Assembly (NCBI GenBank): GCA_964016885.1
Contig: OZ024743.1
Location: 107,012,001-107,076,000 of the forward strand
DNA length: 64,000 nucleotides
Source: Eledone cirrhosa
Taxonomy: Eukaryota
Direction: 5' to 3'
Below the pieces are notes generated by a model. The model was given only the letters and a program-made list of their open reading frames with translations, searched no databases and was not told the origin of the DNA. Position 1 is the first letter of the stretch. Every line of letters starts with the position of its first letter. Positions 44,085 through 57,250 of this stretch are shown piece by piece. The position numbers and the translations under genes are program-made.

Positions 44085-44513
44085 AATAAACGAACCTAAA
44101 TTTTAAACATTTGACTTTTTATTTAACTTTATTTTACATTACTCCGGAGTAACCAAACCAACCTGCGCACTTCGTCGAGTGCTCCAGCCTGCATACTGAG
44201 GTGTTGGTATACAACCAAAATATACTCAAAATCTCTCTCTCTATATATATATTTATACATATACTATAAAATATGTCATACTATAAAATATAGAATCATT
44301 TGATAAGATATATACACCATTTCCTCTCCTAATCAGCATAATCAACCACACAAAAATCCAATTAAACCAGGCTATAAGATTAAAAGGCACCTATGAAGAA
44401 ATAATAGATAAATAAACGACAGCCATCTATTCGCGATCAACAGCTATAGAATATGTACCTAGCATTTCAATAGCACGTGCAAATCAATTAAATATATCGT
44501 CAACGATACACAA

Positions 44514-45427
44514 TCTATATATATAAAACTGTGGTTGTCTGTCTGTCTATCGATTTTTGGCACACATCTCCTCTTAGAATCTCTCACGGAATTGCACCGA
44601 AATTGCTATACTTGTACATTGAGCCCTAGCGAAGACATCGGAAAAAAAAAATTTCAAATTGACCCACCCTATGTGACGAAATCGAATATAATGTATCGAT
44701 TTTTGAGCGTAAGTTATCAGTTATTTCCCTTTGTTCTGTTTACATTGAGCGTCTTACGTAACAAATTACGCTGGCTTTAACAGTTGTCGAGCCAGCAAAA
44801 TATTGACCTGCAAAATTCATCAGTTCGAACACTAGGCTTCCGTTTTGCTTCATTTCCATTTAAAAGCATTTTAAAACAATATTTTTACTTGAAAACAAGT
44901 CTATTTAAAGACTACGTAAAACAAGCAAATATTTCGTCGTTAGGCGTGCAGACAGACAGTCGTGCAGACAGACAGTCGTGCAGAGAGGTGATATACGCGT
45001 GCAGACAGATAGTCGTGCAGAGAGGTGATATAGGCGTGCAGACAGACAGTCGTGCAGAGAGGTGATATAGGCGTGCAGACAGACAGTCGTGCAGAGAGGT
45101 GATATAGGCTTGCAGACAGACATAACTGATAATTTGGTTACGCTAATGTTTTTATCTGCGTTGCAGTGTTTACATTTTCGATCTTTGTTAATAAATAACC
45201 AGTGCAGTTTTTATCCCCAGCATCCTCTTTTGTTATAACATTCGGGTTATCGTTATGTTTTCTTAACTTCATAAGGCATATTGTTGTTTGAGGGAATATT
45301 AATCAAAAACACCACATGCAAGTCTGCACAGTAGACACTACAGTTTTTAAGCCAAAAAAGAAACTTAACTTTGTAACTTTAACACAGCTACTGAGCGACC
45401 CCGAGCAACGCCGGGCTTTACTGCTAG
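44514..45427 (+). mobile_element. Non-autonomous Helitron (914 bp)
   Basis: Starts TC (tctatatatataaaa) and ends CTAG. Subterminal GC hairpin cccgagcaacgccggg at 45400-45415. Inserted between A and T with no target duplication. Empty site acacaa|ttaggt at 46160/46161. Confidence 0.92.
44941..45121 (+). repeat. 37-bp minisatellite inside the Helitron
   Basis: About 4 copies of AGTCGTGCAGAGAGGTGATATAGGCGTGCAGACAGAC plus a shorter subunit. Confidence 0.9.
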
Positions 45428-45792
45428 TTAGGTATAAAATTAAAGTTAGAAGAAAAAAATGTATATAAACATACCATGATTACGTTTCTACCCCTTGGAG
45501 TTTCATTCGCTTTTGGAAATATCCGATCAAGGATAAATTCTCGAGCTTCGAAATCATCAGGAAACAAACTCACTTGGACGAAGATTTTTCTTAAATGATC
45601 CCCGCCAGAAACGAATTCAAAATGGCTAAGAACTGTGACGTGGCAGTGGTCAAGTCAGAAAGAATGTGATTGGTGCCTTACGGCGAGTGGGCTGGTTGCT
45701 AGAAAGCGCAGCCTAATATTGCCTAAATTGCATCTCAACCTTATGGCAGATTATTAAATATAAAGATTTACATATACACAAACTAGACAAAG

Positions 45793-45863
<71 letters not shown>

Positions 45864-45914
45864 CAATTCACGATGTGGCTCAATGATGAATGAATTAATT
45901 AAATAATCAGAGCA

Positions 45915-46265
45915 ATATACTATAAAATATGTCCATAGAATCATTTGATAAGATATATACACCATTTCCTCTCCCAATCAGTATAATTAACCACACAAAA
46001 TAAAACAATTAAACCAGGCTCCAAGATTAAAATGCACCTATGAAGAAATAATAGATAAATAAACGACAGCCCTCTATTCGCTATCAACAGCTATAGAATA
46101 TTTACCCAGTATTTCAATAGCACGTGGAAATCGATTAAATATATCGTCAACCATACACAATTAGGTATAAAATTAAAGTTAGAAGAAAAAATGTATATAA
46201 ACATACCAGGATTACGTTTCTACCCCTTGGGATTTTATTCGCTTTTGGAAATAACCGATCAAGGA

Positions 46266-46266
<1 letters not shown>
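45915..46266 (+). repeat. Local duplication, copy 2 (Helitron-free)
   Basis: Colinear with copy 1, with scattered substitutions. Confidence 0.9.
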
Positions 46267-46324
<58 letters not shown>

Positions 46325-46373
46325 TAATTTCAATGTTGATTCAATATTGGACTTCAAAATTGGACTTCAATAT

Positions 46374-46650
46374 TGGACTTGAAGTGGGAGGTAAAAGGGA
46401 TTTGGAACTGCCATGAAGTCAGAGTCGCCCCGATTGTCATAGGCGCACTAGGTACTGTCTCAAAGAGTTTCCAAGGATGGTTAAAGAAAATTAGTCCAGC
46501 CCCGATTTTTGGAACACTTCAAAAGGCATGCTTGCTGGGAACAGCAAGATCCCTCCGATACGTCCTAAATATCTGAGGCTGCAAGTAATGGCTTGATATT
46601 CATTTCAACAAACTTTCCAGTTAACTAACATCAATGACTGAGACTCAAAG
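46374..46650 (+). mobile_element. 5'-truncated R4/Dong-type retrotransposon copy
   Basis: DLKWEVKGIWNCHEV...LQKACLLGTARSLRYVLNI and the 3'UTR match 50743-51020. Flanked by (AAT)n at 46275-46328 and 46651-46662. Confidence 0.93.
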
Positions 46651-47025
46651 AATAATAATAATTATAAGAATAATGAAAACGCACATGGTGGATATATATC
46701 GTTATGGAATCGCTCCCGTAAGTTTTGGATTTTTACTTATTTAAAACAACTGTGATAGAATAATTCGTATTACAAATGAAATATAAGATTACAGATTTGA
46801 CTCTCAGCAAGCGACAACGCATTACATTACGGCATAGGGCCCCAATATTTAATATTTAATTTTGGATCAGAAATGTTATAGTCGAAAAAGAGAAAATGGC
46901 TAAGTGGACAGACAGTCAAATCATTTCACCACCAACACCACTACCACGCCCAAAACTCTAGTCAAGTTACCTCAACTTCTATTTTTACTTCAACTTCAAC
47001 ACCATCACTACAGTACTACGATCAC

Positions 47026-47170
47026 ATCACCACCACCACTGCCTTATTATCGCTACCGCCGCTATTCTCTCCCACTACCTCCTGCTAAGTACTACTAGCA
47101 CATCATCACCACCACCACTGCTTCATTATCGCTACCGCCGCTATTATCTCCCACTACCGCCTGCTAAGTA
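47026..47170 (+). repeat. Two-copy ~65-bp repeat in ACC/ACT-rich low-complexity DNA
   Basis: atcaccaccaccactgc...tattatcgctaccgccgctatt.tctcccactacc.cctgctaagta occurs at ~47026 and ~47105. Confidence 0.8.
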
Positions 47171-47449
47171 GGCATCGTAGTATTCCCACTAAATGAGGAA
47201 GGCATCAAAAGATATAAATAGACTGATTTGATGACCCGGTCAAAAAATCAAAATATCAAAAATCAAAATCAAAACAGCACAGCAGGAATGAAAAACGTAA
47301 AGAAAAGAAAAAAGAAAAGAAAAACAAACAGGCAGACAGACAAGCAAAAAAACTAAGTCAGACATTCAAACATTACATTACAATGAAACTTATGCTCATT
47401 TTGGGGGTATTTACCTATTTGTTTGTTTGTTTATTTATGTTCGTCTACA

Positions 47450-50400
47450 GCATGATAGTGCCACGCTAAAATCACCGGGGGTGATGAAATCACCGGTGGT
47501 TATGTAACCATACATTCACCAAACCTCGATAAGAGTGTTTCAATGTCGAACCTAAACAGTTCAAATAACGGTGAAGTGGAGAGTGGAATGTCATGTGGCA
47601 GACTCTCACCCAGCATGTGCTCCCTGGCTCAGCAGCAGGGACCTGGCTGTCAACCAAATACTGCTGATGTCGGAGGAAGAAGAAGTGGGAAAAGGACCAG
47701 AACCAACTGGACGAAAGAATTGAATAGAACTGTTATGCAATGCTACCTGAAGAGTAACCCCAAGGAAAAAGGCTATAGGAAACGGATGCATAACATCTGG
47801 AACGAGATTGGTCTATTTAAATTAGATGAACAAAATTTGGCCGGGCAGGCTCGGGTAATAAGAACTAATGGGTGGATAAGCGAGCTGGAACTGGAGGAAC
47901 TGAGCAGAGAGATTAGGTTGGAAATGGAGAGTGGAACATGGCAGGCAAACGAGCCAGTGGGAAATGAAGGTGAAGAGGTTGAGAGAACGGAGGAACCATC
48001 CGAAGCAGACAATGATCTGAATGCTGAAATAAATAATACCTGGAACAAAGATACGGCCATTGAGGAGATGTATGCTGACGGGCTAGGGCAAGATTTGGTT
48101 GATATGCTAAACTTAGTGGTAGATGAAATGAACAATGATAGGGGGAAACCTATGAACCTAAGATTTGTAGACAGGAAAAAGTTAAAAGAAACAACAGCTA
48201 AGGTAAACAAAGTCATCCCATACCTTGAGGCGAGGAGCCTTCACCAGTGCAACAATATCCTCAAGGCAACACCAAATGCGGTGAGGAAATTACTTGGCAT
48301 AAAAGCGAGAGGAAACAACAAACAAGAAAGATCAGAACCTTGGTGGAAGAAACGACTGAATGGTCAAATAAGGGAAATGAGAAATGACATTGGAAAGCTT
48401 GAGTCCCTACTGAATGGGACACTAAAAAACATAGACACTAAAAATAGACTGGAAATAAAGTACAAAACTAGGAGTAAAAAGCTAAATATTATCATAGAGG
48501 AACTGAAGCAACGCATTGTAGCAAAGAGTGCAAAAATTAGGCGATACGAGAGCAGAGTCAGTCAGTATAGACAGAACCGAATGTTTGACAACAACCAGAA
48601 GATGTTGTTTGGACAGCTTGAAGGGAAAGAAAGAGGCAACGACTTGATCCCTGAGGCGGAACAAACTAAGACATTCTGGAGAGGAATATGGGAGCAGGAA
48701 GTGTGGATTGAGACAGTACAAAAGGAGATTAGTGAACAGGCACAGCAACAAACTGATTTGAGTATCACAATTGAAACTATTAAGGGGCAGGCCAAAAAAC
48801 TAACCAACTGGAAATCACCAGGCCCAGATGGTGTGCAGGGGTATTGGATTAAAAATATAATAGCCCTCCACCCGAAACTGACAACCATGTTCAATGACTG
48901 CTTGATGTCAGGTGAGGTACCAGAGTGGTTGACAAAAGGTAACCCAGTTCTGGTAATGAAAGACCGAATCAAGGGTAATGATGTTACCAACTATAGACCT
49001 ATCACATGTCTGTCCGTAATGTGGAAACTGTTGACAAGCATTGTGTCTGAGTAAATCTACCTTCTCCTCCACACAAACAACTTGTTACCGGACGAACAGA
49101 AAATATGCCGAAAGAAGTCCCGTGGTACAAAGGACCAGTTACTTATTGATAAGATGGTAATGAGGAATTGCAAGAGGAAACACACTGGTCTTGCCATGGG
49201 ATGGATAGACTACAAAAAGGAATTTGACATGGTGCCTCATTCTTGGATCACCAAAAGCCGAGAGATCTTCAAGGTGGCAGATAACGTCAGAAAGTTGTTA
49301 AGCAAAAGTATGAAGTCCTGGAAAACAGAGTTAACATCAGCTGGAGAATCCTTGGGAGGCGTGAAGATCAAGAGAGGTATCTTCCAGGGAGATAGTCTGT
49401 CCCCTCTGTTGTTTGTCCTTGCCCTGATGCCCCTGACCATTATACTGCGAAAAGTGAGAGGAGGTTACACGTTGGGAAAGGGAGAGCTTACCATCAATCA
49501 CCTCCTCTTCATGGACGATCTTAAGCTCTTCAGGAAGAGCGAGAAGGAGTTGGATGTGCTTGTTGACACTGTCCGTATTTTCAGCAATGATATATGTATG
49601 CAATTTGGTATTAGTAAGTGTGGAGTCCTTGTGATGAAGAATGGGTAAATTGAGCAGAAGCAATAGAATCCAGGTACCAACGGGTGAGATGATAAAGGAA
49701 ATTGACACTGAAGAAGGATACAAATATTTGGGTTTTCTGGAGGCTGATGACATCAAGAACAAAAAAATGAAAGAATTGATAAGATCTGAATACATTCGGA
49801 GATTAACGAGCGTATTAAAGTCATATCTGAACAGTAGGAATGCCATAAGTGCAGTAAATTCCCGAGCTGTGTCTATTATTAGGTACACTGCGTGAATTAT
49901 GAGATGGAATGTTGCTGAACAAAAAGAAATGGATAGGAAGACTAGGAAGCTATCTACAACATGTTCCACAAGAGGAGTGATGTCGATAGACTCTACTTAA
50001 GGAGATCTGGAGGTGGAAGAGGTCTTATCAGCATAGAGGACTGGGTTCAGATGGAGAAAAACAACCTACACAAATACGTGACTGATAGTAGGGAGCCAAG
50101 TCTCAGAATTGTACTGAAGGAGAGGACAATACAATAGACCAGGGGATGTTCAAGGAGGAAATAACAACAAGAAGAAAGAGCAACCTTCATGAAAATCCCT
50201 TTATAGTACCTTCTTTGAGAAAACTGAATTTAGAGATCCACAGACATGGAACTGGTTGAAAAGAGGAGACCTTAAAAAGGCTACAGAAGGAATGCTAATA
50301 GCTGCGCAAGAGCAGGCCCTCAGAACGAAGTGACTGAAACACTATATTTACAAGGAGGAGGCTAACCCACTGTGTAGGATCTGTGGGGAGAGAAAGGATA

Positions 50401-51022
50401 TTGTGGCTCACATTGTATCCGAGTGTAAACACCTAGCCCAGATTCACTAATAAGGCTGGAGACATGATGTGATGGGCAGGGTGATCCACTGGCACCTATG
50501 CAAAGTAAACAATTTACCACATTCTGAGAAGTGGTATAAGCATAAGCCAGAGTCGGTGATAGAAAACGATCAGGTGAAGTTGCTGTGGGATTTTAGAATA
50601 CAGACGGACAAGAAATTGGAACAGAATAGACCTGACCTGGTGGTTTTGGACAAGGAAAAAAGATCGTGCCTGATTGTGGATGTAGCCTGCCCATTCGACA
50701 CGAGAGTGGAAGAGAAGGAGAGGGAGAAAATTAACCGATACCAGGACTTAAAGTGGGAGGTAAAAAGGATTTGGAATTGCCATGAAGTCAAAGTGGTTAC
50801 GATTGTCATAGGCGCACTAGGTACTATCTCAAAGAGTTTCCAAGGATGGTTAAAGAAAATTGGTGCCGCCCCGCTTTTTGGAAGACTTCAAAAGGCATGC
50901 TTGCTGGGAACAGCAAGAACCCTTCGATACGTATTGAATATCGGAGGCTACAGGTAGTGGGTTGATATTCATTTCAACAAACTTTCCAGTTAACTAACAT
51001 CAATGACTGAGACTCAAAGAAC
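47450..51022 (+). mobile_element. Near full-length R4/Dong-clade non-LTR retrotransposon (RT plus restriction-like endonuclease), inactivated
   Basis: One ancestral ORF with, in order: [48 protein letters not shown], the zinc knuckle CRICGERKDIVAHIVSEC (~50373-50426), and the RLE WDFRIQTD...RPDLVV...IVDVACP..E..K. Ends in (AAT)n. The 5' boundary is approximate. Confidence 0.9.
47543..50957 (+). pseudogene. Disrupted RT-CCHC-RLE polyprotein ORF of the R4/Dong element
   Basis: Fragments 47543-49054, 49082-49648, 49641-49895 and 50469-50957, separated by stops and frameshifts. Confidence 0.9.
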
Positions 51023-51062
<40 letters not shown>

Positions 51063-51310
51063 TTTTCTTTATTAACCACAAGGGACAAGGGTTTACATAA
51101 AGTAGACATTAAGGACAGTACAGGACAATACAGGACGGTACAAATGGGCATTTCTGCGTGTAAAAAACAGAGGATGTAATAAAATAACAAAGAAAAATTC
51201 CCCAATAGGGGGGAGACTTCCGAGGGACATTTGTGGAGAAAGCCCATTAAAAGACCACAGTGACCCTGACCACCAGGGCAAGTGCCCTCTCCCAGTTTTC
51301 CACCTTTAAT

Positions 51311-54300
51311 TTACAGACACATACTCAGAGAAGGCCCATTCATTCGGGCCATACTTGCTTCTCTCACCCATCTTTCAACAAAATGCTGGGAAGAGAGCAC
51401 TTCCCTCTCTACCCTGATTTTCCTTTTCAAATGAAATTTGAAAAAGTTAATCAGGGCATCACCGAAGAGGTAAGTGCTCGTCTTCAGCCCTTTCAAACGT
51501 GTTCACCATATTATCTCTTTCGCCATGGCCACCAGACAGATAAAAACTGCCTGCCCTTCCCGGCTAAAGGAAGAGGGCGGGGCAATCCTCACGATGGACT
51601 CAGCTGATAGCTGGATCCGTCCTACACGTGACAGCAGGTGTTCGAAATAAACCCACAAGTCAGCAATGCTCGGACACTGGACGAGTGCGTGCAAAACGGT
51701 TCCGTCGCCCTGTGCGCATCTCGGACATGCCCGGCTGACGGCACCTCCATGCCTGTAGAGTTTATCCCGAACTGGCAAAGCTCCCCGGTAGCACTGCCAG
51801 GCCAGGGATTTCTGGAAGTTGTCCATAGGCCCCGGCCCGAAAGTCCTTGCGAAGAGATTGGCTAGTTGATTTTCGTCGACGCCTAGAGTTTCCCCAAGTA
51901 CGTCGTCGCTCTTACCCTCCACTAATCCCCTATAGAACGCCAAGGTGGAGTTTCCACCGATCACATTGCTCGATTGGTCGAGGGCTGTGAGCGCCTGAAG
52001 ACATTCCAGTCTCCAAGCGCTCCCTCTCGGTCTTCGCTTGACCCAGGACTGCAGCTCCGTCAAGGAGACGAGCTGGGGAAAAACGTGTCTAGCAAACGGC
52101 GACCACACCTGATCACCGCCGAGGAAGAGGTGGAGATGTCGTAGCCTGAGCGCGTGTCTGCGCATCATCAGCCACGGCATGCCCAGCCCTCCACGTAGCG
52201 GGTGTTGACAGCAGATGGACCGCCTGACCATCGGAGCGCGTCCCTTCCACAAGAAGCGAAAGAGCAAACGCTCCAGCGTAGTCAGGCGGGGCTTAGGACA
52301 AGGTACGACGGTCAGGCGGTAGTAGATGACGGACGCGATGTACGCGTTAGCCACCTCCGCTCAACCTTTCAGGGATAGCTTCCTCTCGGCCCATTTCTGG
52401 GTGAGAGAAGCCACCCTGCTCGTCACCTCGTCCCACTTTTTGTCCGTCTGGAGGTCTGGACCGAACCAGACCCCTAGCAATTTAACCGGTCCGTCCGTCC
52501 AGCGCCCGACGACGCTGTTGGACGGCATGGACCTGCCTCTCCATGTGCCGAGCTGCAGGCCCACTGACTTTTCCTGGTTGATCATTGCTCCTGTCACCAC
52601 TTCGTATTCTCTTAGTGTAGTGCCGATCGCTTCGATGTGTTTGGCGTTCGACACCACTACGGTGACATCGTCCGCATATGCTGACACGGATCTTCCGCAT
52701 CCTAGTTCGCGCGGGACCCCCCCCCCCCCCCTCAACGTCTCCAGTTTGTGCAGTAATGGCTCGAGAGTCAATACGTACAATAGGGACGAGAGGGGACATC
52801 CTTGGCGGACAAGGGCGCATGATGTTGAACGGTTCCGAAAGGTGACCGTTCACTCTCACTACAGAGCAGATGTCGCTGTGCATGGCAGCGATCCAGCCTC
52901 TGAAGACGGGCCCAAAGCCAGCCGCCCTCAGGACTGCCGTTAAGTAACGATGGTCGACCATATCGAAGGCTTTCGACTGATTTAAATTGATCAAAGACCC
53001 ACCCGTGCCAGGTTCCCTAGCTACCCTCTCTACGATGTATCGCATGAGGTGGAGGTTGTCGTGGGTGGATCTGTCGGGAATGGTGCATGTCTGTGCCTCT
53101 CCCACCAGACCACCAACGACAAGCGCCAACCTCTTTGCTAGCACCTTGGCCAAAATCTTGACCTCTGTATTTAGCAGAGTTATGGGCCTAAAATTATCTA
53201 TGTTATCCCCCTTGTTCGGATCCTTTCTCAGCAGCGCCACCGCTCCTCGGCTCACAGAGCTGGGAATTCTCCCGTTCTGTTGCCAGTTGCAGTAGACGTC
53301 CGCCAAGAGGCCTCCCAACAAGTCTGGCATTTGTACGTAAAGTTCATAGGGCAGACCATCCAAACCAGGCGATTTACCCCTTGTGCAGCCAGTCATTGCC
53401 TCCCGTACTTCAGCGGTTGTTATCGGCTTTTCGCAACACTCCGCCTCAGTGGCCGAAAGCCGCGGCAGACCGTCGAGGTAGACACTAAAGTCCATCCCTC
53501 GATCCGGCCCGCCACTGCCCCCGAACAGTTGAGCGAAGTGTCGCTGAAAAGCTTCACACATTTGCTCGGGATCGAGTAGCATGCGCCCGTCGTGGTCCAC
53601 CAAAGACCGGATCGTGGCTTTATTGCCACGACGCGCCTCCGCCACTCGGGCCCATTGAACGGCTTTCGTCCCCTCGTGTCTGAGAGCACACACCCTAGCT
53701 CTGACAACGCAGCCTTCGTGCATTGCATTGAAGAATTGGTCAAGGGCCAATTTCGCCGCAAGTACGTCGGTCGCGATGCCTTTGCTAAGCGCCTCGTCTA
53801 ATTTTCTAACTAATTCTCCCTCTGCTCTATTTTTCTCTATTACTAAAGCCTTACTAAACCTAATGGACTCTATTCTAATTGCTCTTTTCAGAGCAAACCA
53901 CCACTTGTTGTTGACGATGACCCCCGTCAACGCCCGCTTAACTAGTTCGCTAATCCGGTCTCTGTAGGCCTTGCGCGGTGGTATGGACGCGTTTAGCTTC
54001 CAGTAGCCGGGTCCTCGTCTATGAAGCCTATCTAAGTCAAGCACACAGATCACGAATTTGTGGTCCGTGTAGCTGACTATCTTGAATTGTGGACAGCCTA
54101 TGCTAGACCTATCTATTTCCCTACAAAATACTCTATCTAGATATGATCTGGATGACCCTATGCGACTTGTCCAAGTCCACATTGGTACATTCGGGAAATA
54201 CATTCGGTACCTGTCAGACAGTTCAAAACGCCTGAGCAGGTTGGTGAGACTCTTGCACCCTCCTTCCCTATCCACTAATCCCACACAATCCCAGCGTGCA

Positions 54301-54744
54301 TCTAAGATCCCGTTCCAGTCGCCCACTAACACTAAAGAGCGGGACGTTTCAAGAAAGGTCTCCAGACGCCGGAAGAAATCAGACCGCCCTGCTCCTGTCG
54401 GAGCATAGACGGCCACTAACCTGAAAGCTTGCCCGTCTCCGCTGGTCACGTCCAGCACCACCAACTTACCTTCTGGGTCCAGGAAGATGGCCCGTATGGC
54501 AAGATCCAAACCTCTCCGAAAAAGCACAGCAACTCCTCCCCCCCCCCGATCCCGCACGGCTGGGAGATGTGTACACATCGTAGCCGCCGAAGATCGGTGC
54601 GAAGGCCCGTGCTTCGGAGATTCTGGTCTCGCTGATGGCCACTACATCTATGTTTAGTGACCTGAGGTCGTTGAGCAGGCGGCTCTGCTTCCATGACGAC
54701 CCCAAGCCACGCGCATTTATGCTGCCTATTCTGAGTGAGGTCAT
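51311..54744 (-). pseudogene. ORF2 of copy A: apurinic-like endonuclease, reverse transcriptase, C-terminal CCHC
   Basis: Motifs LRIGSINARGL, ISET, LVGDWNG, SRSYLDRVF, YTDHKFV, KSPGLDGLPYELY, NFRPITLLNTEVKILAK, SKAFD, AYADD, CPRC...TVLHALVQC. Frameshifts include C/G homopolymer runs at ~54540 and ~52720. Confidence 0.92.
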
Positions 54745-54778
54745 GTTGAAAAGGAGTGGAAAAGATGGGAAAGACCAC

Positions 54779-56759
54779 TTACCCTACTTCTCGTAGGGGA
54801 AGGACGGTTTTTCCATCCTTTTCCCTGCTTGTGGCCTCCTCAGGAAGGATGTCCATATAAATCCTCCTGGAGAGTGCTCGTCGGAAGTCTCCGATGTCTT
54901 TGGGGAATTTTTGTTTTAGTGTCATGTACGTTTTCTGTGTGATGCGAGTGATTTGTATGTGTGGAGGTGGTGTGAATTTTTGGGTTGTTGTGTAGTCTTT
55001 TTCTGTGATGCTGGTGTTGTGCTGTATGTAGTGTAATAATTGGTTGTTGTTCAAATTTAATGCTGTGTAGTGTGTATCGTTTTGGTTGTTTTGTTTTGTT
55101 TGCGCTTGTTGTGGGTTTGTTTCTGTTTCGCATTTTGGTGACTTTTGTGGTGTAGGTGATGGTGGTGTTGGGGTTAATGATGTTGATGGTGTTGGTGTTT
55201 GGGTTGATGGGGTTGGTGATGCTGGTGTGGATGGTGGCATATCTGTCTTAAATTTTTTGTGTTAATTTATTTGTTTCCCTCTGTATTTTGTTTTTGGAGG
55301 GGGAAGGAAGATAATTTTTTCTTATTTGGTTTCTTTTTTTTTTCCTGATACCGTTTCCCACTCCTCGTCGTCACAATCTGTCTCCAGTTGTGATAGGCCG
55401 GGGGACTGGAAAATCCTCCACAGTTGTTAGTTTTGGTTGTGGTGTGGTGGATGGTGTAGGCGCTAGTGCTAGTTCTGAAGCGTTGGGTGGTGGTGGTGTT
55501 GGTTTTGCTGGTGGTGGTGGTGTTGGTTTTGCTACTGTTGCTGGGGTTATTGCTGTTATAGTTGCTTCTGTTGCTGCTACAGTTGTTGCTGCCATCTCTG
55601 CTACTGGTGGTGTTGATGGTTGTGTCACTGGGGTGGGTAGGAGAGGTGGCCTCAACCTTTTAGCCTGAGGGCAGAAAGCCCTAGGTGGGTTCCTTCACCA
55701 CAAACGACACACCTAGGCCTTCTGCCCTCGACAATTACGGTGAGGTGGCTGCCGTCAGTGAGGTCTATTACCTCTGGGATCTCTTCAATGCTTTTTTGGT
55801 CCGCTTGGATCAGGAGCTCCATCCCAGATCCGGACCAGTTCTCCTGCTTTTCTTTTGCTATTGCTATTATCTTTGTGTTGGCTTCGATGCCGGCGAGGAC
55901 GGCCGCTATTAGCCAGGGAATTTCAATGGCCGGTGGAACGTGGGTCACCCTGATCTTTACGAGTCTCTGGCCACAATAGCTTGGGACGAGTGTGAAGTCG
56001 TCACTTCTTAATGGGGCCATGGAGTGTTCTCTAGCCTCCTCTGGTGTTTCAAAGAACACGTCCACGGTTCCATACTTCTGCCCACGTCTGATGTGGGTTT
56101 TTCTTGCCCACACATGTCCCAAAGCTTTTTGGCTTTGGGACTCGGATGCCTGTTCCACCCGGCGCGATTTTACATTTATTGTTCGATACGGTGCATAGGC
56201 GCCGATGCTCCATTTTATTAGGGGTGAGGTGGGGGTGACGCTGACCCTGTACCCATCTTTCTTTACCATTTGTTTGGCATTTTCTAAATCCTCCTGAGTT
56301 ACCGTAAATGCTTCGAACTGTTTTGCTACTCTGGCAAAAGTCAGGGTGGTTTTTTTTAATGTCATTGTTGTTGTTGTTGCTATCGTTATTTTTGTTATTA
56401 TTAATTTTAGTTTCAGTTGTGGTGGTGGTGACATCAGTGAAATTCGGTTTGGGAGAATCCATTTTGGTTGAAAATATTTCGACATCACGAGTTGATTTAT
56501 TTTTTTCTTTTGTTTCTGTTGTCGCGGTCGTGGTTGGGGTGAGGGTTGTCGCGGTGGTGGTGGTGGTGGCGGCTTTAACACCTGCAGTCATTGGTAATGG
56601 CGGGAAATGAATATCTGCCTGAGACAAATTTAAAATATTGCTAGTGCTTAAATTGTTTGTGTTTGAAGACGTATAATCATTTACAATGGTGGTGTCGGTG
56701 TGAGGTGTTAATTTGTGAGAAAGGCTTTCAGCTGCTTGGTGCATTGGTGAATTAGCCAT
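54779..56759 (-). pseudogene. ORF1 (gag-like) of copy A
   Basis: Thr/Asn-rich N-terminus, RRM-like YGTVDVFFETPEEA, zinc knuckle RPRCVVCGEGTHL, Pro/Thr-rich C-terminus. Frameshifted. Confidence 0.75.
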
Positions 56760-57250
56760 TTTTGTTTCAAAGAAATTTTTTGATAATCATAAAAGTTTAA
56801 ATTTTGGGCACAAGGCCCCAATCTTTTTGGGTGTCCTTTTCGGAAAACAATGTATGTGCGCTTATATATAGTTAACAATAAAAATTTTCCATAAATGGCA
56901 ATTTTTAACAAACGAAAATAACAAACCTTTGCGGAGCTCACGATGATACGATTTACTACGTAGGTCGCCAATAATAATAATAATAATGATTTCATTTATT
57001 GGCTACAAGGGCCGACATATAGTGGACAATACAAAAGACTGGGACAATACAAAAGACTGGGTTTTACAGACAAATTGAGTAAACAATATGAATCACAATA
57101 ACAAAGTAACAATGAAAATACAAGAAAAATTCTCCAATGGGGGGGGGGGTGACCACCCAGGGTTCGCTCAGGTACCCCACCAATCCTGAACGACCCGACG
57201 CTTCGAGAGCACCCTGGAAGGGCACCCCTCTCCTCCTCAAATGTACCCAC

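Larger units (their letters stand above)
43744..44232 (+). mobile_element. Fold-back Penelope-like end fragment (186-bp arms)
   Basis: Arms 43744-43929 and 43951-44136, tail 44137-44232, (TA)n and (TC)n flanks. Each arm contains a hammerhead. Confidence 0.8.
44259..45535 (+). repeat. Local duplication, copy 1 (interrupted by the Helitron)
   Basis: 44259-44513 plus 45428-45535 align colinearly with 45915-46266. Confidence 0.9.
51062..56969 (-). mobile_element. Full-length Tx1/L1-clade LINE, copy A (ORF1 plus APE-RT ORF2), frameshifted
   Basis: Two-ORF layout. AATAAA on the minus strand at 51068-51073. (AAT)n on both sides (51023-51061 and 56970-56987). Confidence 0.92.

Noticed and set aside
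56800-56845. Tx1 5'UTR tttttgggtgtcctttt as the source of the satellite monomer
   Set aside because: A short low-complexity match that is expected by chance.
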